Below are positions 29,860 to 39,500 of a stretch of DNA of 64,000 nucleotides, in pieces. The notes under the pieces were generated by a model. The model was given only the letters and a program-made list of their open reading frames with translations. It had not been told where the DNA came from and ran no database searches. This DNA comes from Candidatus Moraniibacteriota bacterium. GTDB taxonomy: Bacteria; Patescibacteriota; Minisyncoccia; Moranbacterales; GCA-2747515. The position numbers were made by a program, and so were the translations under genes. The stretch's first letter is position 1. Every line of letters begins with the position of its first letter. The DNA lies in NCBI GenBank assembly GCA_046116545.1, contig CP175956.1, forward strand, positions 160,276-224,275. The letters are read 5' to 3'.

Positions 29860-30369
29860 ATGAAAAAGGGAAATGTACGTTTAAAAAAGAAGACTGCTAA
29901 AAAAATTGTTGATTTTGCCATTGCTATTGCAGATGCATTGGGCATTTCTGGATCTATTGCCGTTGTTGATACTGATAATAATTTCATTGATGGTATACTA
30001 TATGGTCATGCACGTCCTATGACATACGCCATTGCGACAAATAAAGCAGCTCTCTCAGGCTATACTGGTGCTCGCACTGGAACTACTGCCCAACAAATTG
30101 CTTCTGGTGAACGCACATTGGAACTGTATGGTATTGATCCAGAAATGAATGTTCCTTTTCCGGGAGGTTGTCCAATTTACACAAAAAAAGGCATCCTCAT
30201 TGGAGGAGCTGGATTTTCTGAACAAACTGGCATCACCGATGAAAGAATTATATCTGCAGCTATTGAAGCATGTGGTTTTCTTTCTGATACACCTGCAATG
30301 ACTGATATTTCTGAGAAGCTTATCCAAAAGGCTGTCAAGAAAGTAAAGAAAAAACTGAAGAAAAAATAA
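29860..30369 (+). CDS. GlcG/DUF336 (heme-binding HbpS-like) protein
   Basis: IAVVDTDNNFIDGILYGHARPMTYAIATNKAALSGYTG; SD AAGGAGAA upstream. Confidence 0.7.
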   Translation: MKKGNVRLKKKTAKKIVDFAIAIADALGISGSIAVVDTDNNFIDGILYGHARPMTYAIATNKAALSGYTGARTGTTAQQIASGERTLELYGIDPEMNVPFPGGCPIYTKKGILIGGAGFSEQTGITDERIISAAIEACGFLSDTPAMTDISEKLIQKAVKKVKKKLKKK

Positions 30370-30388
30370 TTTTCTTCTCAATATATAT

Positions 30389-30424
30389 CCCACACCGTCA
30401 ATGACGTGTGTGGGCTATTTTTTT
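30389..30424 (+). terminator. Rho-independent terminator
   Basis: CCCACACCGTCA-A-TGACGTGTGTGGG followed by a T-tract. Confidence 0.75.
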
Positions 30425-30457
30425 AAAAAATATCACATAGTGACTACCCCATAGATT

Positions 30458-31141
30458 TTAATTTAGAAATTCTTCAATTCTTGTCTGAGCAATTTCTAAA
30501 TCTTCTGGTGAACCTATTGATTGCCATTTTTTTGTTGTAACTACTTTTGTTTTGTATTTTGGATACATGGATACCAATGTTTGTGGTAATCCATATTCTC
30601 TTTCTGAAATTCTTACCATTGGTATATCAAGATATTTCTGTGATAACATGTATGCTCCAGTATTCACAAGTCCATCTTTCTTTCCATGTGGTCTTTCTAT
30701 CACATCTGTTAAATCACTGTTCGTATCAATGTCTACTAATCCAAATTGCTCCGCATCATTTGTTTCATATGCCAATAATGATTGTTCATATTTCATCAAT
30801 TTATTTAAATCTTTTTTATCATATAAATCATCTCCCATGATAACGAGAAAATTATTTTTTACAATATCTTTTGTTAAAGCTATTGCACCAGCTGTTCCAT
30901 TAAATTCCACTTGCTTAATATAATGAATTTTTCGATTATCAAACACATCTCCAAAATAATCAATTATTTGATTACTCAAATATCCAACCACTAAAACAAC
31001 ATCCGTTATTTCATCTGGTAATAGTTCAATGCTATATGCCAATTTTGGACTATCTTTAATTTTAAGCATTGGCTTTGGACAATTTTGGGTTAACTCCCCC
31101 ATCCTAGTTCCAAGTCCAGCCACGAGAATTACTGCATACAT
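30458..31141 (-). CDS. Sugar-phosphate nucleotidyltransferase
   Basis: AVILVAGLGTRMGELTQNCPKPML is an NTP-transferase motif. Confidence 0.8.
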   Translation of the reverse strand: MYAVILVAGLGTRMGELTQNCPKPMLKIKDSPKLAYSIELLPDEITDVVLVVGYLSNQIIDYFGDVFDNRKIHYIKQVEFNGTAGAIALTKDIVKNNFLVIMGDDLYDKKDLNKLMKYEQSLLAYETNDAEQFGLVDIDTNSDLTDVIERPHGKKDGLVNTGAYMLSQKYLDIPMVRISEREYGLPQTLVSMYPKYKTKVVTTKKWQSIGSPEDLEIAQTRIEEFLN

Positions 31142-31181
31142 ATAATATAGTTTTAAAATGTAATAAATATAATTATATCAT

Positions 31182-31209
31182 AAAAAAACAGGCTTTCACC
31201 TGTTTTTTT
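31182..31209. terminator. Bidirectional rho-independent terminator
   Basis: AAAAAAA-CAGGCTTTCACCTG-TTTTTTT. Confidence 0.8.
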
Positions 31210-31240
31210 ATGACTCCAGTTATAAAAATTGTAATCATGT

Positions 31241-32536
31241 TTATGGTCTTGTCTCAATAATCCTACCACTAGAACAATCTGCATTTGAATTACATGTACT
31301 TGAACATTGATTTAGATTTGATGCTGTCAGTGGAGTTGATTGACATGTCCCTTGAGCGTTACATTCTTTTTGTGAACACATTGTTGATATTGTCAGTGGT
31401 TTGTCAGTCTCACCTGGACATGGTGGAGTACTACTATCTTCACATCCAGGATCTGGATCTGGAGTCGGTTTTATATAACACTCTGCAGGATACGTATTAG
31501 TTCCTGATGCTACAAATATTTCTTTGTCTACATCACCTGTACAAACATGGGTTTTCACTATTGCATTTGTTGATGGATCTGTTGAATCTATATCACAACA
31601 TATCTCAGATGTAGTTGGATCATTACACACAACTGATACATTTGTTGTTTGATCATTTAAATTTTCTTTTAAATATACATTTGCACTGTATTTAATTAAA
31701 TTTCCTGTTAAGCAAGTTGGTGCTGAACAATCTACATAGTCACCCACAGTACTAGCTCTACCCAATAAATGAAAATAATCATGTGCACATGTCCAATTCC
31801 ACTTTCCAGTGTTTGTATTAAATGTCACTAACTCATTTACTGTATTACTTGCAGCACATTGATTACTTTCAACTTCTGCTTTAGTATTTATTTCATTTGT
31901 TTCACTATTACTACTTCCACATACTGAATCTGGCTTTAACTGTGATGCTGAACATAATCCTGAATCAGCTCCTCCATGTTGTCCACTACAAGTCCATGTT
32001 ACTGTTTGTTCTGGAGCTGGAAAACTTACATTTGATGGATCTCCCGCTGTGCATTGATCTGCTCCATATACAGATGCACCATATGGATATTCCTTACCAT
32101 TTACAGCTGAGTTGCATTCACCTGGAATTGCACATGATTGCGTGTTACAAGATGTACTATTTCCACATAAATCTTCTTTTGTACCACCTCCGCAAGTTTC
32201 ACTACAAGCACCATAACTTCCACAGCTTTTCACAAACTTAATGATTGGAGAATTAACACAAGACCAATAATAAGTACTTCCACTACCAGTCATATATGAC
32301 CAAGCAAGATTAGCTGAATGAGCATTGTAATAGTTTTCTAGTGTTTGTTTTGCACTATCAAAATCAACAGTAATAGTCTGATTCCAATTCGTCATTCCTA
32401 ATGCTGAGCAAAATCCTCCATGATTTGAACCTAAGCAAGTTGCTTGTGCTGATACTGCTGTCGCATCTGAGTTTTTTATAATAATTCCAACACTTAACAC
32501 AACTAAAATTAAACTTATTCTTATAATATTATTCAT
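31241..32536 (-). CDS. Secreted cysteine-rich protein (431 aa), TSP1-like motif
   Basis: Signal peptide; about 45 Cys; CSETCGGG motif; recurring YYWSC, VTWTC and WNWTC modules. Confidence 0.75.
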   Translation of the reverse strand: MNNIIRISLILVVLSVGIIIKNSDATAVSAQATCLGSNHGGFCSALGMTNWNQTITVDFDSAKQTLENYYNAHSANLAWSYMTGSGSTYYWSCVNSPIIKFVKSCGSYGACSETCGGGTKEDLCGNSTSCNTQSCAIPGECNSAVNGKEYPYGASVYGADQCTAGDPSNVSFPAPEQTVTWTCSGQHGGADSGLCSASQLKPDSVCGSSNSETNEINTKAEVESNQCAASNTVNELVTFNTNTGKWNWTCAHDYFHLLGRASTVGDYVDCSAPTCLTGNLIKYSANVYLKENLNDQTTNVSVVCNDPTTSEICCDIDSTDPSTNAIVKTHVCTGDVDKEIFVASGTNTYPAECYIKPTPDPDPGCEDSSTPPCPGETDKPLTISTMCSQKECNAQGTCQSTPLTASNLNQCSSTCNSNADCSSGRIIETRP

Positions 32537-32555
32537 ATAATCTAACTACTATTAA

Positions 32556-33776
32556 CTATTTATTTAACGAATTAATCATTTCAACAATATCTTTATCATG
32601 TATCATATTTTTATATGGACCATCTTTGCCTTTTTGTAAGGCAATAACTATCATTGCCATTGTAGTTTCATTCATGCCTTCCATGGCCTTTAATAGATGT
32701 TCTTTTGATTTTTCTGTCTGTCCATTCAATGCCTGTGATATTGATAAATAATAATTTAATCGTGAACGAATTATGATTCGTTGTTGCGGCATCAAAGTAA
32801 TATCTCCTTCTATTAATTCAATGGCTTTGTCAAAGGTTTTAATAGCATTATCAAATTCATTTATTTCCAAATACGCAAATCCCAACCATTCAACTGGAAA
32901 AACTTGTTTTGGATAATTTTTTGAAATTTTTATTAAATTAATAATTGCATCCTCCTTATCATTTGTAAATAAAATTTTATTTTTCTCTAACTCGACCTGA
33001 GATAGCATAAATGATGGATCTATTTTTAGAGCTTTCTCAAAACTGATTTTGGACTTATCTATATCTTGGTTTTCGAAATCAATAACGCCTAATGAATGAT
33101 AATCTCCAGCAACAGCACTGATATTATCCACAGGTAGCTTAATTATTTTTTCTAAGATTTTACGAGCATTAGCCATCCTGTCTGTATTCATATAAATCCT
33201 CGCCAGATTACGCATTACTGTTCTGTTGCTATCATCAATTTCATATGCTTTGTCATAAAACTCTTCCGCCACGTCTGTCTGTCCTTTCAAATCAAAAGTA
33301 TGCCCAATCCAATTATACGTATCTGCTGTTTCCTCAAAAGTTAGCGCTGTATTGTAATTCAGAAGAGCATCTTCAAACATATTCTGAATTTCATAAGAAT
33401 ATCCCATAAGTCTATAAGCTTTTGCATTTTCAGGATCTTTCTCCAACACAACGAGAAGAATTTCTTGAGCTTTCACAGCATTCTCTTCTTCTTCAAATTT
33501 ATGAGAGCCTTTAACCAATAAAACCTCTGCTTTTGCAAGTAATAAATCTATATTATCTGCATCATCTTCTAAAAGGTCTTTAATCTTCACAATAGCCTCA
33601 TCAAATTTATTATTTTTCAAATCATGTGAAATACTGTCATTTATTACAATATTACCCGTTCCTTGATTATTAAGATTTTTTTCTTTTGATTTATTCACAA
33701 AAGAAAAACCTACAATAATGCCAAATAATATGATTGCTATTCCTGAAATTATAATTGCCTTCTTTTTATCTTCCAT
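32556..33776 (-). CDS. Membrane-anchored TPR-repeat protein
   Basis: N-terminal TM helix, then multiple TPR-like repeats (AKAYRLMGYSYEIQNMFEDALLNYNTAL and similar). Confidence 0.75.
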   Translation of the reverse strand: MEDKKKAIIISGIAIILFGIIVGFSFVNKSKEKNLNNQGTGNIVINDSISHDLKNNKFDEAIVKIKDLLEDDADNIDLLLAKAEVLLVKGSHKFEEEENAVKAQEILLVVLEKDPENAKAYRLMGYSYEIQNMFEDALLNYNTALTFEETADTYNWIGHTFDLKGQTDVAEEFYDKAYEIDDSNRTVMRNLARIYMNTDRMANARKILEKIIKLPVDNISAVAGDYHSLGVIDFENQDIDKSKISFEKALKIDPSFMLSQVELEKNKILFTNDKEDAIINLIKISKNYPKQVFPVEWLGFAYLEINEFDNAIKTFDKAIELIEGDITLMPQQRIIIRSRLNYYLSISQALNGQTEKSKEHLLKAMEGMNETTMAMIVIALQKGKDGPYKNMIHDKDIVEMINSLNK

Positions 33777-33821
33777 ATTTTTATTAATTATTTATTTTAT
33801 CTTTTTATTATATCACAACGC

Positions 33822-33862
33822 AAAAAAAACAAAAACCTATCACAAAAATTATGATAGGTTTT
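33822..33862 (-). terminator. Rho-independent terminator after the KH gene
   Basis: On the minus strand: ACCTATCATAATTTTTGTGATAGGT followed by TTTTGTTTTTTTTG. Confidence 0.75.
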
Positions 33863-33899
33863 GCTGAAATTATTCTTATATAATTTCAAATAAAATTCT

Positions 33900-34223
33900 C
33901 TAGATTTCGATATCTCCGACAACTTCATCCAAAGTTTTCTGTTCGCTTTCTTCCTTTTTTGGAGCTGGGCGTTCAGAACCTTCTGGTTCGTTAATTTTTA
34001 GGTTTACTCGTGCATTGTTGCGTGCTCCTACAACTCTCAAAAGAGTTCGAAGTGCTTTTGCAGTAGAACCTTCGCGACCGATAACCATACCCATATCATC
34101 TTGATTTACATCAAGAGTTATAAGTACACCCATTTCGTCAACTTTACGATTAACTTTTACATCATCAGGATTGTCAACAAGCATTTTTACTACTTCTTCA
34201 ACAAATTGTGCATCACGTTCCAT
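33900..34223 (-). CDS. KH-domain RNA-binding protein (KhpA-like)
   Basis: VDNPDDVKV...GMVIGREGSTAKALRTLL. Confidence 0.85.
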   Translation of the reverse strand: MERDAQFVEEVVKMLVDNPDDVKVNRKVDEMGVLITLDVNQDDMGMVIGREGSTAKALRTLLRVVGARNNARVNLKINEPEGSERPAPKKEESEQKTLDEVVGDIEI

Positions 34224-34367
34224 AATGTATGACTGCTTAACTGATTTAATACGGACAGTTTGACTATCTTGGCGCTTACGACCTCGTCTTTTTAACGCTC
34301 ATTTTGTGATTGTCATTCCTCCTAATATAACTATACAATATTTCAAAATACTCTGCAACTACTATAA

Positions 34368-34748
34368 TTACATCTCCAATTTCCAAAGTCCATGCAAATT
34401 ACAGTATGCATATATTTTAACTTTTTCTACAGTACTTTCAAACATTGCTTCTGGACTATCACCTGGTACTAAAAATACTGTTTTACTCTTATTATCTGTC
34501 ACAAGTGTTATCCATTCTATATAATGTTCCTCACTCATTGGATGCAATACTGCACCTATTTGAACATGAATACCTTCTTCTGTACGATTTACAAACGGTA
34601 CATGCTTTTCTATAGATGCATCCTCTACACCAGCCTCAACTAACACCATAGATTTGCTACAACAAGATAATTCACCACCCGCTGCATGATTAACTGAAAC
34701 AATATTTCCGCATACATTGCATTTATACAATTGATTTCTTTTTGTCAT
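34368..34748 (-). CDS. dfx: Desulfoferrodoxin (2Fe superoxide reductase)
   Basis: YKCNVCGNIVSVNHAAGGELSCC is the desulforedoxin domain; HVPFV...H...CNLHGLWK is the SOR centre. Confidence 0.88.
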   Translation of the reverse strand: MTKRNQLYKCNVCGNIVSVNHAAGGELSCCSKSMVLVEAGVEDASIEKHVPFVNRTEEGIHVQIGAVLHPMSEEHYIEWITLVTDNKSKTVFLVPGDSPEAMFESTVEKVKIYAYCNLHGLWKLEM

Positions 34749-34774
34749 AATTATACTAATAATTAATTAATTTT

Positions 34775-34798
34775 AATGACCCTATTAAATAGGTCATT
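34775..34798. promoter_or_regulatory. Hairpin between the exonuclease gene stop and the dfx promoter (possible terminator or stabiliser)
   Basis: AATGACCCTATT-AAATAGGTCATT; on the minus strand it is followed by TTAATTAATTATTAGTATAATT ATG, so a TATAAT box sits 1 nt before the dfx ATG. Confidence 0.45.
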
Positions 34799-35331
34799 TA
34801 TTTTGAAAGTTTAATATATAAATCTCTCATAAGCTTAGCATCATCTAGTGCGTTGTGTACACGATAATCATCTAAATTAATATCAAACTGTGCATAGAAA
34901 TTCTTTTTTTCATCTCCTATTTCACGAGCAGGCGTTAACCCAATTGCAAAAAGCATTGATGCAAAATCTATTGGTATTCTATGTATTGGTTCCTTTTCTC
35001 CTGCAAATAATTTATGCCAAAAAGCCATGTCATACTGATTTACAGTTGCAACAAGATGTGGTTCACTATTTCCACAAAATTCTCTAATTTTTTGTCTTGC
35101 TTCTTCACGGGATATTTTTTTTCCATTTAAATATGGTACAACATTTTCAATAACCCAATCATTAACATGATTTTTATCATATTCCAATTCAAAATACATT
35201 TCACGACTTCCATCAAGTGAAACCATTCCAATGGCCATCAAATTATCATTAGCAATATCATGACCTGTAAATTCAGCATCAAAAAATACCACATCATCTG
35301 AAAACGGTTGTAAGAACTTTTCATTTTCCAT
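34798..35331 (-). CDS. DEDDh 3'-5' exonuclease (DnaQ/oligoribonuclease-like)
   Basis: FFDAEFTG is Exo I; HNALDDAKLM is Exo III. Confidence 0.8.
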   Translation of the reverse strand: MENEKFLQPFSDDVVFFDAEFTGHDIANDNLMAIGMVSLDGSREMYFELEYDKNHVNDWVIENVVPYLNGKKISREEARQKIREFCGNSEPHLVATVNQYDMAFWHKLFAGEKEPIHRIPIDFASMLFAIGLTPAREIGDEKKNFYAQFDINLDDYRVHNALDDAKLMRDLYIKLSK

Positions 35332-35380
35332 TATATGAAATATTTTTAACCAATTACAATGTCAGTATAACACAAAGACT

Positions 35381-35716
35381 CTACAAAATCTCAAATTTTA
35401 TAATTTTCACTGGACTATTTTTATCAACTTTACAATTATAGTATTTTTCGAAAGTCTGATACATTTCCTCATCTGAATCATATCTCTCATGTCCCTCCCA
35501 GTCATTTTCAGTCAAATCACAAAATTTAACTTCATTTGTTTCTAATATTTTTATACGAGCAAATTCTTGACCATCTTCCCAAATAACAAAAACTACTTCA
35601 TCATCTACTGAAAGATTTTTATTATCAAAAAGTCTCCACGTAGTTGTTTTTTTATTAACTAAGATTAATTCACTTAATTTTTGACGAAATTTTAAAGTTT
35701 TCATATTATCTAACAC
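35381..35716 (-). CDS. ASCH-domain protein
   Basis: TTTWRLFD...EDGQEFARIKILE is a PUA-like ASCH pattern. Confidence 0.65.
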   Translation of the reverse strand: MLDNMKTLKFRQKLSELILVNKKTTTWRLFDNKNLSVDDEVVFVIWEDGQEFARIKILETNEVKFCDLTENDWEGHERYDSDEEMYQTFEKYYNCKVDKNSPVKIIKFEIL

Positions 35717-36965
35717 TATGTTTCTCTCTTGTCCTTATCCAATCCTTTGATTCACTTATGCCTAAGTTTGGCTTATTAATAAGTTCATTTAAAATATGCC
35801 ATCTTCTTTTTTTCTCACTCCACTCGATTGTATCTGGCATTTCTTTTGATGCTACTGTACCAGGTCTTTCAGAGTAACAGCCTATGAAAGCCCTAACAAA
35901 GCCAACTTTTTTTAATAATTCTATACTTGCCTGAAAATCTTCTTCTGTCTCTCCAGGAAATCCAACTATTATATCTGTTACAAAATCGACACCTTCAACC
36001 TTATTTTTAATTTTATCTATTAATTTCAAAAAACTATCTGATGTATACCAACGATTCATCTTTTTAATAATCTTATCACTTCCTGATTGAACTGGTAGAT
36101 GAAGTAATCTATCAATATTTTTATTCTCTGCTATTACATCTATAAGTTCATCTGAAAAATCCCACGGATTTGAACTAGTAAATGTAACAGTTTTCACACC
36201 TTTTACCTTAGAAACTTCATCTAATAGATATGGAAATAATGTTGGTATACGAGTTCTTCCTAAATGATTTACCATGATAGGCTCCACCGTCTCACCACCG
36301 GGAAGTTCATAAAAGTTCTGTTCACTATCTTTTTTTGCCAAAACTAAGTCAGAGCCATATGAGTTAACATTTTGCCCAAGCAAAGTAATTGAATTAAAGC
36401 CATCTTTAACCAACTGATTAACTTCCTGCATAACATCGGCATATGGTCTTGAAATTTCTTTTCCTCTAGCAAAAGGCACTATACAAAATGCACAATGATT
36501 ATTACAACCATTCGAAATTACAACCCATGCATGTTTTTTATCTACTCTTTCTGGTATATATTCGAAACCGACTTCTTCTATTGGCATAAGTTCCACATCT
36601 GGAATTCTTTTTTCTAGTTTCTTTTTCATTTTACCACTTGGCTCACGAGCAGCAGCTCCCACAATACATCCAGTCAATATAATTTTCTGTTCTTTACCAT
36701 CCTTTTCAGCTTTCTTTTGTAAGTTTCTTATATATCCATATACACGCTCTTCTGCTTTGTCACGTATCATGCAAGTATTTATCACAATTAAGTCAGTCTC
36801 ATCTTCAGAATCAACCTGATTAAATCCTCGTGATTTATAATATCCAACTAATCGTTCAGAATCAGCAACATTTTGTTGACAGCCAAACGTTTTGACAAAA
36901 AAATTCTTCATAAATTTACTCTTTCTAAAACTGTTTATTACATGTTTATCCTTGACACTATACAA
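35706..36965 (-). CDS. MiaB-family radical-SAM tRNA methylthiotransferase
   Basis: FVKTFGCQQNVADSE...CNNHCAFC radical SAM...TRAM-like C-terminus; the likely true start is MKNFF (36911). Confidence 0.85.
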   Translation of the reverse strand: MYSVKDKHVINSFRKSKFMKNFFVKTFGCQQNVADSERLVGYYKSRGFNQVDSEDETDLIVINTCMIRDKAEERVYGYIRNLQKKAEKDGKEQKIILTGCIVGAAAREPSGKMKKKLEKRIPDVELMPIEEVGFEYIPERVDKKHAWVVISNGCNNHCAFCIVPFARGKEISRPYADVMQEVNQLVKDGFNSITLLGQNVNSYGSDLVLAKKDSEQNFYELPGGETVEPIMVNHLGRTRIPTLFPYLLDEVSKVKGVKTVTFTSSNPWDFSDELIDVIAENKNIDRLLHLPVQSGSDKIIKKMNRWYTSDSFLKLIDKIKNKVEGVDFVTDIIVGFPGETEEDFQASIELLKKVGFVRAFIGCYSERPGTVASKEMPDTIEWSEKKRRWHILNELINKPNLGISESKDWIRTREKHSVR

Positions 36966-37097
36966 TATATAGTGTAAAAAAGAAAGGTTATGAAATAAAA
37001 TAATTTATTATTCGTATTACTAAGTAGAAATTGTTTGTCAAATTATATTTTATACTATATACTATATGTATAAAATAAAAACAAATAAATAAAAATT

Positions 37098-38087
37098 ATG
37101 GCTGAAGCAAAAATCTTGTCAGATGATGACAAGGACCTAAAAATACAATCTCTGCGTGACATGATCACGACAGCAGAACAAACAATGCAAAGCGCAAAGG
37201 CTATGCTACTTCAACTTGAAGGAAAGAAAAAAGTTGGAAGGAGAAAGAAAGTTGAAGATGAAGGTGACGGAAATGTTGTACAAGGTACATTTGACGGTCA
37301 AATAATGATAGGGACTGATGGAAAACAATATCCAATCCCTGCAAATTATGCCTCTAAGTCAAAACTTGTAGAGGGAGATTTTTTGAAGTTGACTATTGTT
37401 GGAAATGGTCAATTTATTTATAAACAAATTGGTCCCGTACCTAGGCAAAATAAAATTGGTATCGTAGGACAAGATGCTAGTGGTAATTATTTTGTGGCAG
37501 TTGATGGAAAGCCTTACAAAGTTCTACTTGCTTCAATTACTTATTTTGATGTTCAACCTGGAGATCAAGTTGCAATTGTAACTTCTCCAGATGAAAATGC
37601 TCAATGGGCTTCAATTGAGGCTTTATTGCAACACAGTGATAACCAAGCTACTCCTGCAATTGAGTCACTTAATTATACACAACCTACACCTGATGAAGGA
37701 CCAAAAACTGCAAATGCTATATTAACTGGTAGTACTGAAACTACATCAGAGATGTTAGATGAAAAAGAATTATCAAATGCCACTGATTTAACAGATGATA
37801 CCGATTCAATAAATGAAAATGAGAATCTCATAACTATTGAGAATGATTCAGCTGAAGACACACCATCTGCAATAACGTTTATTGATGATAAAGGTAGCGA
37901 TATAATAGATGAAACAAATGATGATATAGCAGATGTATCAACTACTGAAGAACTTTCAACTGAGGAACCGACTAGTGAAGAACCTCCAACTGAGGAGCCA
38001 ACTAGTGATGATATTGTTGATGAATGGGTTCCTAATATTGATGCAATTGAAAAAGAAATTCGTGCAGAAATGCAAAAAACTGATTAA
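37098..38087 (+). CDS. Hypothetical protein with acidic low-complexity C-terminal tail
   Basis: 329 aa; the C-terminal 130 aa are D/E/T/S-rich with repeats EEPTSEEPPTEEPTSDD. Confidence 0.6.
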   Translation: MAEAKILSDDDKDLKIQSLRDMITTAEQTMQSAKAMLLQLEGKKKVGRRKKVEDEGDGNVVQGTFDGQIMIGTDGKQYPIPANYASKSKLVEGDFLKLTIVGNGQFIYKQIGPVPRQNKIGIVGQDASGNYFVAVDGKPYKVLLASITYFDVQPGDQVAIVTSPDENAQWASIEALLQHSDNQATPAIESLNYTQPTPDEGPKTANAILTGSTETTSEMLDEKELSNATDLTDDTDSINENENLITIENDSAEDTPSAITFIDDKGSDIIDETNDDIADVSTTEELSTEEPTSEEPPTEEPTSDDIVDEWVPNIDAIEKEIRAEMQKTD

Positions 38088-38104
38088 AAGTTTAACCATA
38101 TATT

Positions 38105-38737
38105 ATGACAGAAACTACAGAGCGATTGAATGTAAATCGTAAGGATTTTTATTTAGTATCATTTATAGGAGCATCTTTTGCACTTTTCGCAGTGCCCATA
38201 ATAATAAATTTGAATATATCTTTTATACCTATAAATATTTTCAATGTGTTATTGTTAGTTTTTTTCTTTACAATATTTGCAAATTTAGCGCTGGGCCTAG
38301 CGTATCTAATAGGTCAAAAAATTCCAATTGTATTTCAGCTTGCTAAATTTGGTGCCGTTGGCGCGTTTAATACTTTTTTAGATTGGGGTGTACTAAATTT
38401 GTTAATAGCAATGACAGGAATAGCTACTGGACTTGGATTCTCACTATTTAAAGGTATATCTTTTGCGATAGCTGCTGCAGGCGCATTTTTTTGGAATAAA
38501 TACTGGACATTTAATTCTAAAAAGAAATCAGATAAAGAAGAGGTTGGTAGATTTATCTTAATTAGTGCAAGTGGTTTCTTAATAAATGTAGGACTTGCTT
38601 CACTTATAATGTATCTATTCAAAAACTCAACACCCTTGACAATAGAACAACTAGCAAACATCTCCGCAGCAACTGCGACACTAGCATCACTCGTTTGGAA
38701 CTTTATTGGATACAAATTATTCGTCTTCAAAAAATAA
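38105..38737 (+). CDS. GtrA-family membrane protein (N-terminally extended)
   Basis: KFGAVGAFNTFLDWGVLNLL...WNFIGYKLFVFKK. Confidence 0.7.
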   Translation: MTETTERLNVNRKDFYLVSFIGASFALFAVPIIINLNISFIPINIFNVLLLVFFFTIFANLALGLAYLIGQKIPIVFQLAKFGAVGAFNTFLDWGVLNLLIAMTGIATGLGFSLFKGISFAIAAAGAFFWNKYWTFNSKKKSDKEEVGRFILISASGFLINVGLASLIMYLFKNSTPLTIEQLANISAATATLASLVWNFIGYKLFVFKK

Positions 38738-38750
38738 TTCATACAAAAAT

Positions 38751-38780
38751 AAAAAGCCTGAAATTTTTCAAGCTTTTTTT
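38751..38780. terminator. AT-rich bidirectional terminator hairpin
   Basis: AAAAAGC-loop-GCTTTTTTT. Confidence 0.6.
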
Positions 38781-38794
38781 ATTTTTAAATATAA

Positions 38795-39418
38795 TCAAGT
38801 TAATAAATTAACTATCTCATTTTCATATTTTTGAGATCTACTATTACTTAACCATACCTTTGCAAATTTTTTATCTTTTAACAAAAAATTATATTCCCAT
38901 TGTTTCATGATAGATGGACTATACGCTGAATACATTCCAAAATAACTATTATCTCTTTGCAAAAAATCATAACCATTTTTCACTTGCAGAAAAACAATAG
39001 TTTTTTCATCAACACTATCAATATTTGCGACATAACACTTAACAGGTACTCTAGTATTATCATCTTGCTTCACCATACAAATAATATCTTCTCCTCTTAA
39101 AAACCAATCTTCTGTTCTCATAAAAGAAATAATTGGCTTACAATGTGCACTTTCAAATACTTGTTTAATTCTTTGTATATCTTTACACATAGTTACTTGA
39201 TTTTGCAATGCTGTAAGCATTTCCCTTATAGTCATCAATCGCTCTTTAGCAATTAAAAAATTATCAAGATCTCTTGATTTATGTCTATACAAATCCAAAA
39301 AAAACAATATTGTATTTGTGCCTAAGTATTGCATATTATCAATACAACATGTAGCAGTTAGAAATGTTGCTATATTTTTTCCAATCATGTGACACCTCTC
39401 TACATTTATAAAGAACAT
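38795..39418 (-). CDS. Hypothetical protein (207 aa)
   Basis: ORF only; no domain recognised. Confidence 0.5.
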   Translation of the reverse strand: MFFINVERCHMIGKNIATFLTATCCIDNMQYLGTNTILFFLDLYRHKSRDLDNFLIAKERLMTIREMLTALQNQVTMCKDIQRIKQVFESAHCKPIISFMRTEDWFLRGEDIICMVKQDDNTRVPVKCYVANIDSVDEKTIVFLQVKNGYDFLQRDNSYFGMYSAYSPSIMKQWEYNFLLKDKKFAKVWLSNSRSQKYENEIVNLLT

Positions 39419-39500
39419 TTTAACATTGATTGTGATTTATTCAATGTTGCATTATAATCATATTATAGACTACTTATATATTTACATAACATTACTATTT

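Noticed and set aside
34224-34367. An in-frame basic peptide (..KRRGRKRQDSQTVRIKSVKQSYI) immediately upstream of the KH-protein ATG looked like a longer gene or an S16-like C-terminus. An in-frame TGA prompted a check for UGA recoding (genetic code 25)
   Set aside because: The KH-protein N-terminus aligns with KhpA from the annotated ATG. All ribosomal and housekeeping genes are full-length under the standard code, so there is no UGA-as-Gly reassignment.
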